Of a stretch of DNA of 32,000 nucleotides, positions 10,723-19,017 are shown in pieces. Position numbers and translations under genes: made by a program. The DNA is from Mycolicibacterium smegmatis (GTDB lineage Bacteria; Actinomycetota; Actinomycetes; Mycobacteriales; Mycobacteriaceae). Under the pieces are notes generated by a model, which made no database searches, had not been told where the DNA came from, and saw only the letters and a program-made list of their open reading frames with translations. Within the stretch, counting starts at the first letter, position 1; each line of letters begins with the position of its first letter. The stretch is from positions 480,001 to 512,000 of the forward strand of contig NZ_LN831039.1 of assembly GCF_001457595.1 (NCBI RefSeq), given 5' to 3'.

Positions 10723-11859
10723 TCAGTCCAGGGTGAAGCTGCCGAACAACACGGTGGCGAGTCCCAGTGCGACGACGATGTTGACGACAGTCGCCGACGC
10801 GAACACCGCGATCGGCCGCCAGCCTGCCTCACGCAGTCCGCGTGCGGAGAACTCCAGCCCGATCGCCACGAACGCGAAGATCAGGAACCAGTTCCGCAGA
10901 TCGTTGACCGTCGCGATGGCGGCCTTGCCGTCCGCGGCGAACTGCAGGTACAGCGTGCCGATGATCGAGGCGGCGATGAAGCCCAGCACGAATTTCGGGA
11001 AACGGTCCCAGAATTGGCTCAGTGACGGGCGCGCATCGGCGGCTGTCCTGCGTTCGACCTTGAGCGCGAAGTAGGCCGTGAGCGCAATCGCGACGAAACC
11101 GATCAGCGCGTTCTGCGTGGTCTTGACGATCGTCGCGATCTGCAGCGCATCCTCACCCGCGATCGCGCCGGACGCTGCGACGGCCGCGGTGGTGTCGATG
11201 TTGCCGCCGATCCACGCGCCGGCGACGGCGTCGGACAGGCCGAACACGTCTGCCAGCCACGGCAACAGGAAGATCGAGGGCAGGGCGAAGACGATCACCA
11301 GCGAGGCGGCATAGGCCAGTTGTTCCTTCTTCGCCTGCACCGCACCTGCGGCCGCGATCGCCGCGCTCACCCCGCAGATCGACACCGCGGATGCCAGCAA
11401 CGCGCGCAGTTTGTCCTCCAGGCCGAGCCTGCCACCCAGCCACCAGGTGAACCCGAACACGATCGAGATGAGCAACAGTGCCTGGATGATGGCCGGGCCC
11501 GCCGCGGTGACCAGCACCTTGAGGTTGATGGACGCGCCCAGCAGCACCAGGCCGGTCTTGATGAAGAACTCGGTGCGGAATCCGCGCGACAGCGCGTCGC
11601 GCAGCGCGAGCTTGGACAGGATCGCATTGCCGATCAACCCCAGAGCGATTGCGTACACCGGGAATTCGATCGACTTCGCGGCCTTGGCGAACGACGTGCC
11701 CGCGAACCACTGGGGCACCTGGGCCTCGAGAAACTTGGTGGCCGCCCCGAGTGCGACGACGACGAGGACGCCTGCGACGGCGTAACCGAGCGCGGACTGG
11801 CCCGACTGCCGTGGCTGCCCCGACTGCCCGGACTGTTCTTCGGTGCGCTGCTCGGTCAC
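10723..11859 (-). CDS. yeiH: YeiH/UPF0324-family integral membrane protein (putative sulfate exporter family)
   Basis: 378 aa, ~10-11 TM segments and UPF0324-like sequence (FFIKTGLVLLGASINL...). GTG start. The N-terminal low-complexity tract (SGQSGQPRQSGQS) is encoded by a 9-bp tandem repeat. Confidence 0.83.
   Translation of the reverse strand: MTEQRTEEQSGQSGQPRQSGQSALGYAVAGVLVVVALGAATKFLEAQVPQWFAGTSFAKAAKSIEFPVYAIALGLIGNAILSKLALRDALSRGFRTEFFIKTGLVLLGASINLKVLVTAAGPAIIQALLLISIVFGFTWWLGGRLGLEDKLRALLASAVSICGVSAAIAAAGAVQAKKEQLAYAASLVIVFALPSIFLLPWLADVFGLSDAVAGAWIGGNIDTTAAVAASGAIAGEDALQIATIVKTTQNALIGFVAIALTAYFALKVERRTAADARPSLSQFWDRFPKFVLGFIAASIIGTLYLQFAADGKAAIATVNDLRNWFLIFAFVAIGLEFSARGLREAGWRPIAVFASATVVNIVVALGLATVLFGSFTLD
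11794..11838. repeat. Imperfect 9-bp tandem repeat x5 (GGACTGGCC CGACTGCCG TGGCTGCCC CGACTGCCC GGACTGTTC) inside the 5' end of the yeiH-like gene
   Basis: Read directly. It encodes the Q-S-G repeats on the minus strand, stays in frame, and could vary in length between strains. Confidence 0.6.
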
Positions 11860-11945
11860 GGGATCACACTCCCCGGGACGGCCCCGGCCAGGACCAGTCC
11901 CAGCAGTGCGAGACCGACGATCACGGCGAGCCAGTCCTCATTCAC
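11856..11945 (-). CDS. Candidate 29-codon hydrophobic micro-ORF (VNEDWLAVIVGLALLGLVLAGAVPGSVIP) overlapping the yeiH-like start by GTGA
   Basis: Hand translation of the minus strand. GTG start at 11945; the TGA stop (11856-11858) overlaps the yeiH GTG (11857-11859). GC3 is high and there is one clear TM helix. It is below the ORF-track length cutoff. No SD is evident. Confidence 0.3.
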   Translation of the reverse strand: MNEDWLAVIVGLALLGLVLAGAVPGSVIP

Positions 11946-12009
11946 GCGGTTCACGCGCGTCAGGTTAAGAAGGCGATGCTCCGGATTGAAGAATTGCGAT
12001 CACCGCGAT

Positions 12010-12723
12010 TCAAGGGGTCAGCGCGACGTTGAGTGCTTGCCCTACGGCCGCGGTGTCACCCTCGACCTTCGCCGTCTCGAGCAGGTCGCGCCGCTTCCAC
12101 AATCCGAGGTAGAGGTCCTCGGCCGATGCGGTCACCGTCGCCACCGGTTCGCTCGGCTCGGTCCCGCCGACCGTCCACGTGTGCTCGGTGTCGGCGGTGC
12201 GGAACAGGATGGGTGCGGCCACCGGTTCGGTACGGCCGAAGCGCACCTGGCGCGGGTAGAACACGGTCAGGACCTCGTCGACGCCGTCGGCGCAGAACTC
12301 CGGGGCGAGGCCGACGGGGTCGGCGCCGACCGCGTGCTGCAGGTCCGCGTGGTGTACGGCGTGTTCGTGGGCCTGGCGGCGGATCCAGAAACCTGCGAGC
12401 CGGGGCTTCGGCCCGAAGCCCCAGCACGGTTCATCGGCGTCGACCGCCCGCATCGCGGTGAGGTAGTCGGGGATGCCGTCGAGGAAATCGGCGACGGCCT
12501 GGGTGGGCTCGTCCTGCGGTTGCGGTTCCTCCGCCAACTCGCGGGTGCGCAGGATCTGGCGTACCCAGGACTCGATCGACCACAGGTGGCCCAGCAAATC
12601 GACGACCGTCCAACCCGGGCAGGTCGGTACCGCACGCGCGAGGTCGGCGTCTTCACCGAGGGCATACGACTGGATGGCGAGCACGTCGGTCTGTAATTGC
12701 GTCAGGAGCGTGTTGTCGTCCAC
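12010..12723 (-). CDS. DinB-fold, mycothiol-dependent maleylpyruvate-isomerase-family protein (TIGR03083-like)
   Basis: 237 aa with the N-terminal metal-binding domain signature (...CPGWTVVDLLGHLWSIESW..., HEHAVHHADL). Lies 9 nt downstream of the TetR gene on the same strand. Confidence 0.8.
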   Translation of the reverse strand: MDDNTLLTQLQTDVLAIQSYALGEDADLARAVPTCPGWTVVDLLGHLWSIESWVRQILRTRELAEEPQPQDEPTQAVADFLDGIPDYLTAMRAVDADEPCWGFGPKPRLAGFWIRRQAHEHAVHHADLQHAVGADPVGLAPEFCADGVDEVLTVFYPRQVRFGRTEPVAAPILFRTADTEHTWTVGGTEPSEPVATVTASAEDLYLGLWKRRDLLETAKVEGDTAAVGQALNVALTP

Positions 12724-12732
12724 ACGTGCACA

Positions 12733-13335
12733 TTACGGGTTGGTCAGGCCCCGCAGAAGGACGACGAGACCGAACTCGAAGGCGTCGTCGGCGCGGGCAG
12801 GCTTGGGTGCGCCCGTGGCCAGCGCGGCGGCCAGTTCGGGCCCCACCTCGGTGCCGGATTCCCACGGTTCATCGGGCGCGGCGAGGTCGAGCGCCGAGCC
12901 CAGCACGTAGTTGTCGATCAGCGTGATGATGCGCAGCGAATCCGCGGCGCTGAAGCCGGCACGGCCGAGGGTGACCGCCAGTGCGTTGTACATGCGGAAC
13001 GCCTGCGTGCTGTTGACGGCGTGGATCGTGAGAAGCGGGATCAGCCGCGGGTAGCGCGCGAAGCTGCGCCGGTAGGAACGCATGATGTCGGCCACCACGT
13101 CGCTCCACGGCCGGTCGGTGTCGAGGTCGGGCAGGTTGACCTCGGACATCGCGCGTTCGCGCAGGAGTTCGACGATCTGTTCGCGACCTGCCACGTGGTT
13201 GTAGAGCGACGACGGACTGACCTTGAGCCTGCGGGCCAGTTCGGGGATGGTGAAGCCACCCGTGGCGTTGACGAGATCCAGTGCCGCAGTGGCGATCCGG
13301 TCGGTCGACAGTATCGGTGTGGATGGACGACCCAT
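12733..13335 (-). CDS. TetR-family transcriptional regulator
   Basis: 200 aa with an N-terminal TetR HTH (FTIPELARRLKVSPSSLYNHVAGREQIV). Divergent from the agmatine operon. Confidence 0.9.
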   Translation of the reverse strand: MGRPSTPILSTDRIATAALDLVNATGGFTIPELARRLKVSPSSLYNHVAGREQIVELLRERAMSEVNLPDLDTDRPWSDVVADIMRSYRRSFARYPRLIPLLTIHAVNSTQAFRMYNALAVTLGRAGFSAADSLRIITLIDNYVLGSALDLAAPDEPWESGTEVGPELAAALATGAPKPARADDAFEFGLVVLLRGLTNP

Positions 13336-13395
13336 GGCCGGATTCTCCCTTGTTGTGACCTAGCGCTTTACAACTCGTGGTCCACGCCACACAAT

Positions 13396-13414
13396 AAACG
13401 AATCTCATTCGTTT
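13396..13414. promoter_or_regulatory. Candidate TetR operator: perfect inverted repeat AAACGAAT-CTC-ATTCGTTT
   Basis: 8-bp arms and a 3-bp spacer, read directly. It lies in the 86-bp divergent intergenic region and ends 1 nt before the AGGAG SD of the first operon gene (ATG 13422). Confidence 0.55.
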
Positions 13415-13421
13415 TAGGAGC

Positions 13422-14417
13422 ATGATGATCACCCTGACCGCCACCGCCCCCGAGTCGCTGTCGCGCACCACGGTCTCGCAGCGGCCCCCGCTGCGGGTGG
13501 GTCTGGTGCAGCACCGCTGGCGACCCGACGCCGGCGAGCTGGTCAAAGTGCTGCGCGAGGGCATCGACCGCGCCGCGGGGGAGGGGGCGACGGCGGTCTT
13601 CCTGCCCGAGATCACCCTGCTGCGGTACCCGGCGGACACGCCCGCGGGCCCGAACCCGGGAGACGCGGCCGAGGACCTCACCGGTGGGCCCACATTCGAA
13701 CTGGCCGCCGAGGCCGCGCGCGCCAACGGCATCTTCGTCCACGCGTCGCTGTACGAAAAAGCCCCGGCCGCAGACGGTCTCGGGTACAACACCGCCATCC
13801 TGGTGTCGCCCGAGGGTGAACTGGTGGGGCGCACCCGCAAGATGCACATCCCGATCTCGGCCGGTTACTACGAGGACACGTATTTTCGTCCGGGCCCGGC
13901 CCGGCCCTCGGATGGCGACCCTTATCCGGTGTACAGCCCCGAAGGGCTCGGCGCGCGCATCGGGCTGCCCACGTGCTGGGACGAATGGTTCCCCGAGGTG
14001 GCCCGCAGCTACTCGCTGGGCGGTGCGGAGATCGTCGTCTACCCGACGGCGATCGGGTCGGAGCCGGTGTTCCCGGACTTCGACACCCAGCCGCTGTGGC
14101 AGCAGGTCATCGTCGCCAACGGCATCAGCAGCGGGTTGTTCATGGTGGTGCCCAACCGCACCGGTGACGAGGGCAGTCTGTCCTTCTACGGCTCGTCGTT
14201 CATCTCCGACCCGTTCGGGCGGGTTCTGGTCTCCGCGCCACGCGACGAGGAAGCGGTCCTGGTGGCCGATCTCGATCTCGATCAGCGCCGCGACTGGTTG
14301 GAGCTGTTCCCGTTCCTGCTCACCCGCAGGCCCGAGAGCTACGGTTCGCTGACCGAGCCTGTGGACCCCGACCATCCCTACGGGGCGGGGCATGCGGCCA
14401 CGCCCGTGGTGAAGTAG
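13422..14417 (+). CDS. aguB: Carbon-nitrogen hydrolase, N-carbamoylputrescine amidase-like
   Basis: 331 aa with Glu-Lys-Cys nitrilase-superfamily triad contexts (VFLPE, RKMHIP, LPTCWDEWFPE). Adjacent to agmatine deiminase. Tandem ATG ATG start after AGGAG. Confidence 0.85.
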   Translation: MMITLTATAPESLSRTTVSQRPPLRVGLVQHRWRPDAGELVKVLREGIDRAAGEGATAVFLPEITLLRYPADTPAGPNPGDAAEDLTGGPTFELAAEAARANGIFVHASLYEKAPAADGLGYNTAILVSPEGELVGRTRKMHIPISAGYYEDTYFRPGPARPSDGDPYPVYSPEGLGARIGLPTCWDEWFPEVARSYSLGGAEIVVYPTAIGSEPVFPDFDTQPLWQQVIVANGISSGLFMVVPNRTGDEGSLSFYGSSFISDPFGRVLVSAPRDEEAVLVADLDLDQRRDWLELFPFLLTRRPESYGSLTEPVDPDHPYGAGHAATPVVK

Positions 14418-14423
14418 GCCCCC

Positions 14424-15446
14424 GTGGGCTCATATGTCATGCCCGGCGAGGGCGCACCGCAGGACCGGGTGTGGATGGCGTTCCCGTGCGAGGGTTACTC
14501 ACTCGGTGACACCGAGGCCGACCGGCACGAGGCGCGGTCCACGTGGGCCGCGGTCGCCCATGCGATCACGCAGTTCGAACCCGTCACGATGCTCGTCGAT
14601 CCCGCCGAGATCGGCGCGGCGAGAAGATATGTGTCACGGGATGTCGAGCTTGTCGAGGCACCACTGAACGACGCCTGGATGCGTGACATCGGGCCCACGT
14701 TCGTGCACGCCGCCGACGGCTCGGTGGCCGCGGTCGACTGGACGTTCAACGGCTGGGGCGGTCAGGACTGGGCACGGTGGGACCGCGACGCCGAGATCGG
14801 TGTGACGGTGGCCGAACTGGCTTCGGTGCCCGTCGTCTCGTCCGCACTTGTCAACGAGGGCGGCGGAATCCAGGTCGACGGCAACGGCACCGTGCTGCTC
14901 ACCGAAACCGTGCAACTCGACCCGGGCCGCAATCCAGGGCTCACCAGGGAGCAGGTGGAACGAGAACTGGCCCGTACCATCGGCGGCACCGACTTCGTGT
15001 GGCTGCCCCGCGGCCTGACCCGCGACAGCGAGCGTTTCGGTACCCGCGGGCATGTCGACATCGTCGCGGCCATCCCGGCTCCGGGTCGTCTGCTGCTGCA
15101 CACACAGCGTGCGGAATCTCATCCGGACAGCCTGGTGTGCAAGGAAATCCGTGCCGTACTCGAGGAGTCCGCCCGCTTCGACATCGTGGAAATGCCCGCG
15201 CCGGACACCCTCACCGACGCCGAAGGTCATGTCGACTACAGCTACATCAACCACCTCGTCGTCAACGGCGGTGTGATCGCGTGTGCGTTCGGCGATCCGC
15301 GCGACGCCGACGCCGCGGCGATCCTGGCCGAGCAGTATCCGGGCCGCGAGGTGGTGAGCGTCGACGCCCGTGGGCTGTTCGCCCGTGGCGGGGGCATCCA
15401 CTGCATCACCCAGCAACAACCGGCACCCCGCGGAAAGGTCTCATGA
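14424..15446 (+). CDS. aguA: Agmatine deiminase (peptidyl-arginine deiminase superfamily)
   Basis: 340 aa from GTG 14424 (an alternative ATG at 14439 gives MPGEGAPQDRVWMAFP). C-terminal catalytic Cys motif GGGIHCITQQQP. Stop overlaps the next gene start (ATGA 15443-15446). Confidence 0.87.
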   Translation: MGSYVMPGEGAPQDRVWMAFPCEGYSLGDTEADRHEARSTWAAVAHAITQFEPVTMLVDPAEIGAARRYVSRDVELVEAPLNDAWMRDIGPTFVHAADGSVAAVDWTFNGWGGQDWARWDRDAEIGVTVAELASVPVVSSALVNEGGGIQVDGNGTVLLTETVQLDPGRNPGLTREQVERELARTIGGTDFVWLPRGLTRDSERFGTRGHVDIVAAIPAPGRLLLHTQRAESHPDSLVCKEIRAVLEESARFDIVEMPAPDTLTDAEGHVDYSYINHLVVNGGVIACAFGDPRDADAAAILAEQYPGREVVSVDARGLFARGGGIHCITQQQPAPRGKVS

Positions 15447-17080
15447 GCGAGCGTATTGTGCCGACCGTGAATTCATCCACCCTCTTCCGCAACGGCGTGA
15501 TCTGGAGTCCTGACGGGGACACGACCACCGACGCCCTGCTGATCTCGGGCGGCGTCGTGCAGGCCGTCGGCGACGAGGCCAAGGCCGGATCCGCCGATGT
15601 CGAGGTGGATCTCGAAGGCGGTTTCCTCATGCCGTCGTTCGGCGACGGCCACGCCCACCCGCTCTACGGTGGCCTCGAATCCGCCGGTCCCGCGGTGCGC
15701 AAGGGCAAATCGGTCGACGAGATCGTCGCCGCGGTCAAGGAGTACGCCGACGCCCACCCCGAGCAGGAGTGGATCGTCGGCGCGTCCTACGACGGCAGCC
15801 TCGCGTCCGACGGTCTGTTCGACGCACGCTGGCTCGACGCCGTGGTACCGGACCGCCCGGTGGTGCTGCGGGCATGGGACTACCACACGTTCTGGGTGAA
15901 CTCGGCGGCGCTGCAGCGCGCAGGCATCACCGCGGACACGCCCGATCCGGTGATGGGGGAGATCCCGCGCCGGGCCGACGGATCCCCGCTGGGCACGTTG
16001 CGTGAATGGGGTGCAACCGATCTCGTTTCCGCGGTGATGCCCGCACGTGATGAGTCGGTGCGGATCGGGGCGCTTTCCACCGCCGCCGACTATTACCTGG
16101 CCCGCGGTGTCACGTGGGTGCAGGACGCGTGGGTCGAGCCCGCCGACGTGGACACGTACGTGGCCGCCGCGCAGCAGGGCGCGTTGCGGATGCGGTTCAA
16201 CCTGGCCTTCTACGCCGATCCACGGCATTTCGACGAGCAGGTCACGCAGTACGCCGCCGCGCGGGATCGCGTGCGGGACGCGGGATCTGACCTGTTGACG
16301 GCGCAGACCGTGAAGTTCTTCGCCGACGGCGTGGTGGAGAACGAGACCGGCGCCCTGCTCGCACCGTACTGCTCAGGCCTGCACTCGCACGGCATGCAGG
16401 TGTGGGAGGGGGACTCGCTGGCGCAGGCCGCCCGGCGGGTGGACGATCTCGGCTTGCAGATCCACATCCACGCGATCGGCGACGCCGCGGTGCGCCAGGC
16501 CCTCGACGCGATCGAATACGTTGTGCGGCAGAACGGTCCGCGCGACCGCAGGCCGGTGATCGCGCACGCCCAGTTGGTCGACGACGCCGATCTCGGCCGC
16601 TTCGCCGAACTGGGTGTCATCCCCAACATGCAGCCGCTGTGGGCGCAGATGGACGCGTTGATGACCGTGCTGACAATCCCCCGTCTCGGCGTCGAGCGTG
16701 CCCAGAAGCAGTACCGCATCCGCAGCCTGGAGGATTCCGGCGCCGCGTTGGCGTTCGGTTCGGACTGGCCGGTGTCGTCGGGTGCGCCGCTGGACGGCAT
16801 CGCCGTCGCGGTGTCGCGCCGCACCGCCGACGGCGAGCCGGAAGGCGGATGGACGCCGCACGAGATCCTGCCTCCCGAAGCGGCTCTGGCGTCGTACACC
16901 GGTGCGGTCGCCTACCAGGCGTTCGCCGAGAAGACTTGGGGCCGAATCGTTCCCGGTGCCAGCGCGGATCTGGTGTGGCTGGATCGCGACCCCCGCACCG
17001 TCCCGCCGCTGGAGCTTCCCGCGGTTGGCGTACGTGCCACCTACCTGCAGGGCAGACCGGTTCACACGGCTGCGGATTGA
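15443..17080 (+). CDS. Large metal-dependent amidohydrolase (Amidohydro_3 / YtcJ-like, COG1574)
   Basis: 545 aa from ATG 15443 (MSERIVPTVNSS...). HxH metal motif (GDGHAHP), later HIHAIGD and GSDWPV motifs. The 767-aa ORF in the track is an upstream over-extension across aguA. Confidence 0.85.
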   Translation: MSERIVPTVNSSTLFRNGVIWSPDGDTTTDALLISGGVVQAVGDEAKAGSADVEVDLEGGFLMPSFGDGHAHPLYGGLESAGPAVRKGKSVDEIVAAVKEYADAHPEQEWIVGASYDGSLASDGLFDARWLDAVVPDRPVVLRAWDYHTFWVNSAALQRAGITADTPDPVMGEIPRRADGSPLGTLREWGATDLVSAVMPARDESVRIGALSTAADYYLARGVTWVQDAWVEPADVDTYVAAAQQGALRMRFNLAFYADPRHFDEQVTQYAAARDRVRDAGSDLLTAQTVKFFADGVVENETGALLAPYCSGLHSHGMQVWEGDSLAQAARRVDDLGLQIHIHAIGDAAVRQALDAIEYVVRQNGPRDRRPVIAHAQLVDDADLGRFAELGVIPNMQPLWAQMDALMTVLTIPRLGVERAQKQYRIRSLEDSGAALAFGSDWPVSSGAPLDGIAVAVSRRTADGEPEGGWTPHEILPPEAALASYTGAVAYQAFAEKTWGRIVPGASADLVWLDRDPRTVPPLELPAVGVRATYLQGRPVHTAAD

Positions 17081-17091
17081 GAGGAGCGCAG

Positions 17092-18435
17092 ATGTCGAAT
17101 ACCGCGGAGGTGGCCGAAGGTCATCTCAAACGGGCACTGGGGCTGCCGTCCCTGGTGCTGTTCGGCCTGGTGTACATGGTGCCGCTCACGGTGTTCACCA
17201 CCTACGGCATCGTCACCCAGACCTCGGGTGGGCGGGTGCCGCTCTCCTACCTGGTGACGTTGGCCGCCATGGTGTTCACGGCACGGTCGTACGCCCGCAT
17301 GTCGGTGGCCTATCCGGTTGCCGGGTCGGCTTACACCTACACGCAGAAGTCGTTCGGCGCTCCGGTCGGGTTCCTCGCCGGTTGGTCGCTGCTGCTCGAC
17401 TACCTGTTCCTGCCGATGATCAACTATCTGGTGATCGGCCTCTATCTGTCGGCGGCGATCCCGGCGATACCGGCGTGGGTGTTCATCCTCATCGCGATCG
17501 CGGTCGTGACGGTGCTCAACGTCGTCGGCATCGTGTCGGTGGCGCGCGCGAACTTCGTCATCATCGCGGTCCAGGCGATCTTCATCGTCGCGTTCCTCAT
17601 ACTGGCCACCTCGAAGGTGTTCAGTTACGGCACTGTGGATCTGGCGGCGCCGTTCACCGGTGACGGCACCGCACCCGGATTCAGCCCTGTGCTGGCCGGC
17701 GCGGCGATCCTGTGCCTGTCGTTCCTCGGCTTCGACGCGGTCTCGACGTTGTCCGAGGAGGCCAAGGATCCGAAACGAACCGTCCCGCGGGCGATCATGA
17801 TCGCGACGTTGGCGTCGGGCCTGATCTTCGTGGTGCTCTCGTACATGGCGCAGGTGGTGTTCCCCTCCAACGAGTTCAGCGACGTCGACTCCGGTTCGCT
17901 GGACGTGATGATGACCGCGGGCGGAAACTTCCTGCAGGTGTTCTTCACGGCCGCCTACGTCGCGGGAGCGACCGGTTCGGCGATCACGTCGCAGGCTTCG
18001 GTGGCGCGCATCCTCTACGCGATGGGACGCGACGGAGTGCTGCCGCGCCCCTTCTTCGGGCACGTGTCTCCGAGGTTCTCCACCCCGGTTTACGCGATCC
18101 TGGCGGTCGCGGTGATCTCGCTGCTGGCCATCGTGATCGACCTGGGAATCCTGGCTTCGGTGATCAGCTTCGGTGCGCTGGTGGCGTTCTCGGCGGTCAA
18201 CCTGTCGGCCATCAAGCACTACTTCGTCGACCACCGCGAACGTGCGGGTGCGCAGGTGATCAACAGCCTGGTGCTGCCGCTGATCGGTTTCGCGTTGACG
18301 GTGTGGCTGTGGTTCAGCCTCGACGGCCTCGCGCTCATCATCGGGTTGTGCTGGCTCGCGATCGGTTTCGTGTGGCTTGCGGGCGTCACCCGCGGATTCC
18401 AGCGGCCGACCCCGGTGCTGGACATGAAGGAGTAG
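17092..18435 (+). CDS. APC-superfamily amino acid/polyamine permease (putrescine-importer-like)
   Basis: 447 aa from ATG 17092, preceded by GAGAGGAG. 12 TM segments and a typical APC N-terminus (LKRALGLPSLVLFGLVYMVP). The track ORF (16402) is over-extended. Confidence 0.9.
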   Translation: MSNTAEVAEGHLKRALGLPSLVLFGLVYMVPLTVFTTYGIVTQTSGGRVPLSYLVTLAAMVFTARSYARMSVAYPVAGSAYTYTQKSFGAPVGFLAGWSLLLDYLFLPMINYLVIGLYLSAAIPAIPAWVFILIAIAVVTVLNVVGIVSVARANFVIIAVQAIFIVAFLILATSKVFSYGTVDLAAPFTGDGTAPGFSPVLAGAAILCLSFLGFDAVSTLSEEAKDPKRTVPRAIMIATLASGLIFVVLSYMAQVVFPSNEFSDVDSGSLDVMMTAGGNFLQVFFTAAYVAGATGSAITSQASVARILYAMGRDGVLPRPFFGHVSPRFSTPVYAILAVAVISLLAIVIDLGILASVISFGALVAFSAVNLSAIKHYFVDHRERAGAQVINSLVLPLIGFALTVWLWFSLDGLALIIGLCWLAIGFVWLAGVTRGFQRPTPVLDMKE

Positions 18436-18448
18436 TTGGCACACAGCG

Positions 18449-18485
18449 ATCGAGCGGCCACGGTGTGTTCACGTGGCCGCTCGAT
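18449..18485. terminator. Bidirectional intrinsic-terminator-like hairpin between the convergent permease and ohr genes
   Basis: Perfect 14-bp stem ATCGAGCGGCCACG / CGTGGCCGCTCGAT with a 9-nt loop GTGTGTTCA, read directly. No clear U-tract. Confidence 0.65.
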
Positions 18486-18510
18486 GCGTTCGGGGGTGTG
18501 TCAGGCCGTA

Positions 18511-18930
18511 TCAGGCTGCAGTGACCGTGACGTCGATGTTGCCGCGGGTGGCCTTGGAGTAGGGGCACACCTGGTGGGCGTCGTCGACGATGGCCTGCGC
18601 GGTCGCCTGGTCCACGCCCGGGATGGTGACGTTGAGACGCGCCCGCAGCGAGAACTCGCCGTCGGTGTTGAGCAGGTCCACTTCGGCGTCCACCGCAGTG
18701 TCAGCCGGCAGCTTCACGTTGTGCTTGGGTGCGGTGACACCCATGGCGCTCAGGAAGCACGCCGACCACCCCGCGGCGAAAAGCTGCTCGGGGTTGGTGC
18801 CGGAGCCTTTGCCGCCCGGCGGGGTCAGCTGGATGTCGAGGTTGCCGTCGGAACTGAACGACTCGCCCTGCCGCCCACCGGTGGTGTGGGTCTTGGCCGT
18901 GTACAGCACGTTGTCGGTGGAAGTGGTCAT
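18511..18930 (-). CDS. ohr: Organic hydroperoxide resistance protein Ohr (OsmC/Ohr family)
   Basis: 139 aa with the two catalytic Cys contexts (GWSACFLSA and HQVCPYSKATRGN). Confidence 0.93.
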   Translation of the reverse strand: MTTSTDNVLYTAKTHTTGGRQGESFSSDGNLDIQLTPPGGKGSGTNPEQLFAAGWSACFLSAMGVTAPKHNVKLPADTAVDAEVDLLNTDGEFSLRARLNVTIPGVDQATAQAIVDDAHQVCPYSKATRGNIDVTVTAA

Positions 18931-18956
18931 TACCGTCTCCTGTTCATATAAGTCGC

Positions 18957-18973
18957 ATCCGATTTAATCGGAT
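18957..18973. promoter_or_regulatory. Candidate OhrR operator 1: ATCCGAT-TTA-ATCGGAT
   Basis: Perfect 7-bp arms with a 3-bp spacer in the A/T-richer ohr-ohrR divergent region, 27 nt upstream of the ohr ATG. Confidence 0.5.
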
Positions 18974-19017
18974 ACGTCAGACCCTAACATCGAAACAGCC
19001 TCTGTCAATCCCGTCCG

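Noticed and set aside
9280-11025. 581-aa plus-strand ORF across the yhhQ-like, fecB2-like and yeiH-like genes
   Set aside because: It is antisense to three well-supported genes and has the same Arg/Gly/Asp-rich artefact composition.
12869-13849. 326-aa minus-strand ORF crossing the TetR gene, the intergenic region and aguB
   Set aside because: It crosses a clear divergent promoter region and overlaps two supported genes. Its composition is artefact-like.
14777-15442. Upstream extension of the amidohydrolase ORF (track gives 767 aa); similar extensions at 4042-4656 for the chelatase and 16402-17091 for the permease
   Set aside because: The extensions overlap well-supported upstream genes in another frame and translate to Arg/Pro/Gly-rich sequence. 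Internal ATG starts with ATGA coupling or good SDs give family-typical N-termini.
17062-18444. 460-aa minus-strand ORF opposite the APC permease
   Set aside because: Extremely Arg/Asp/His/Glu-rich nonsense translation. The plus strand encodes a clean 12-TM permease with an SD and ATG.
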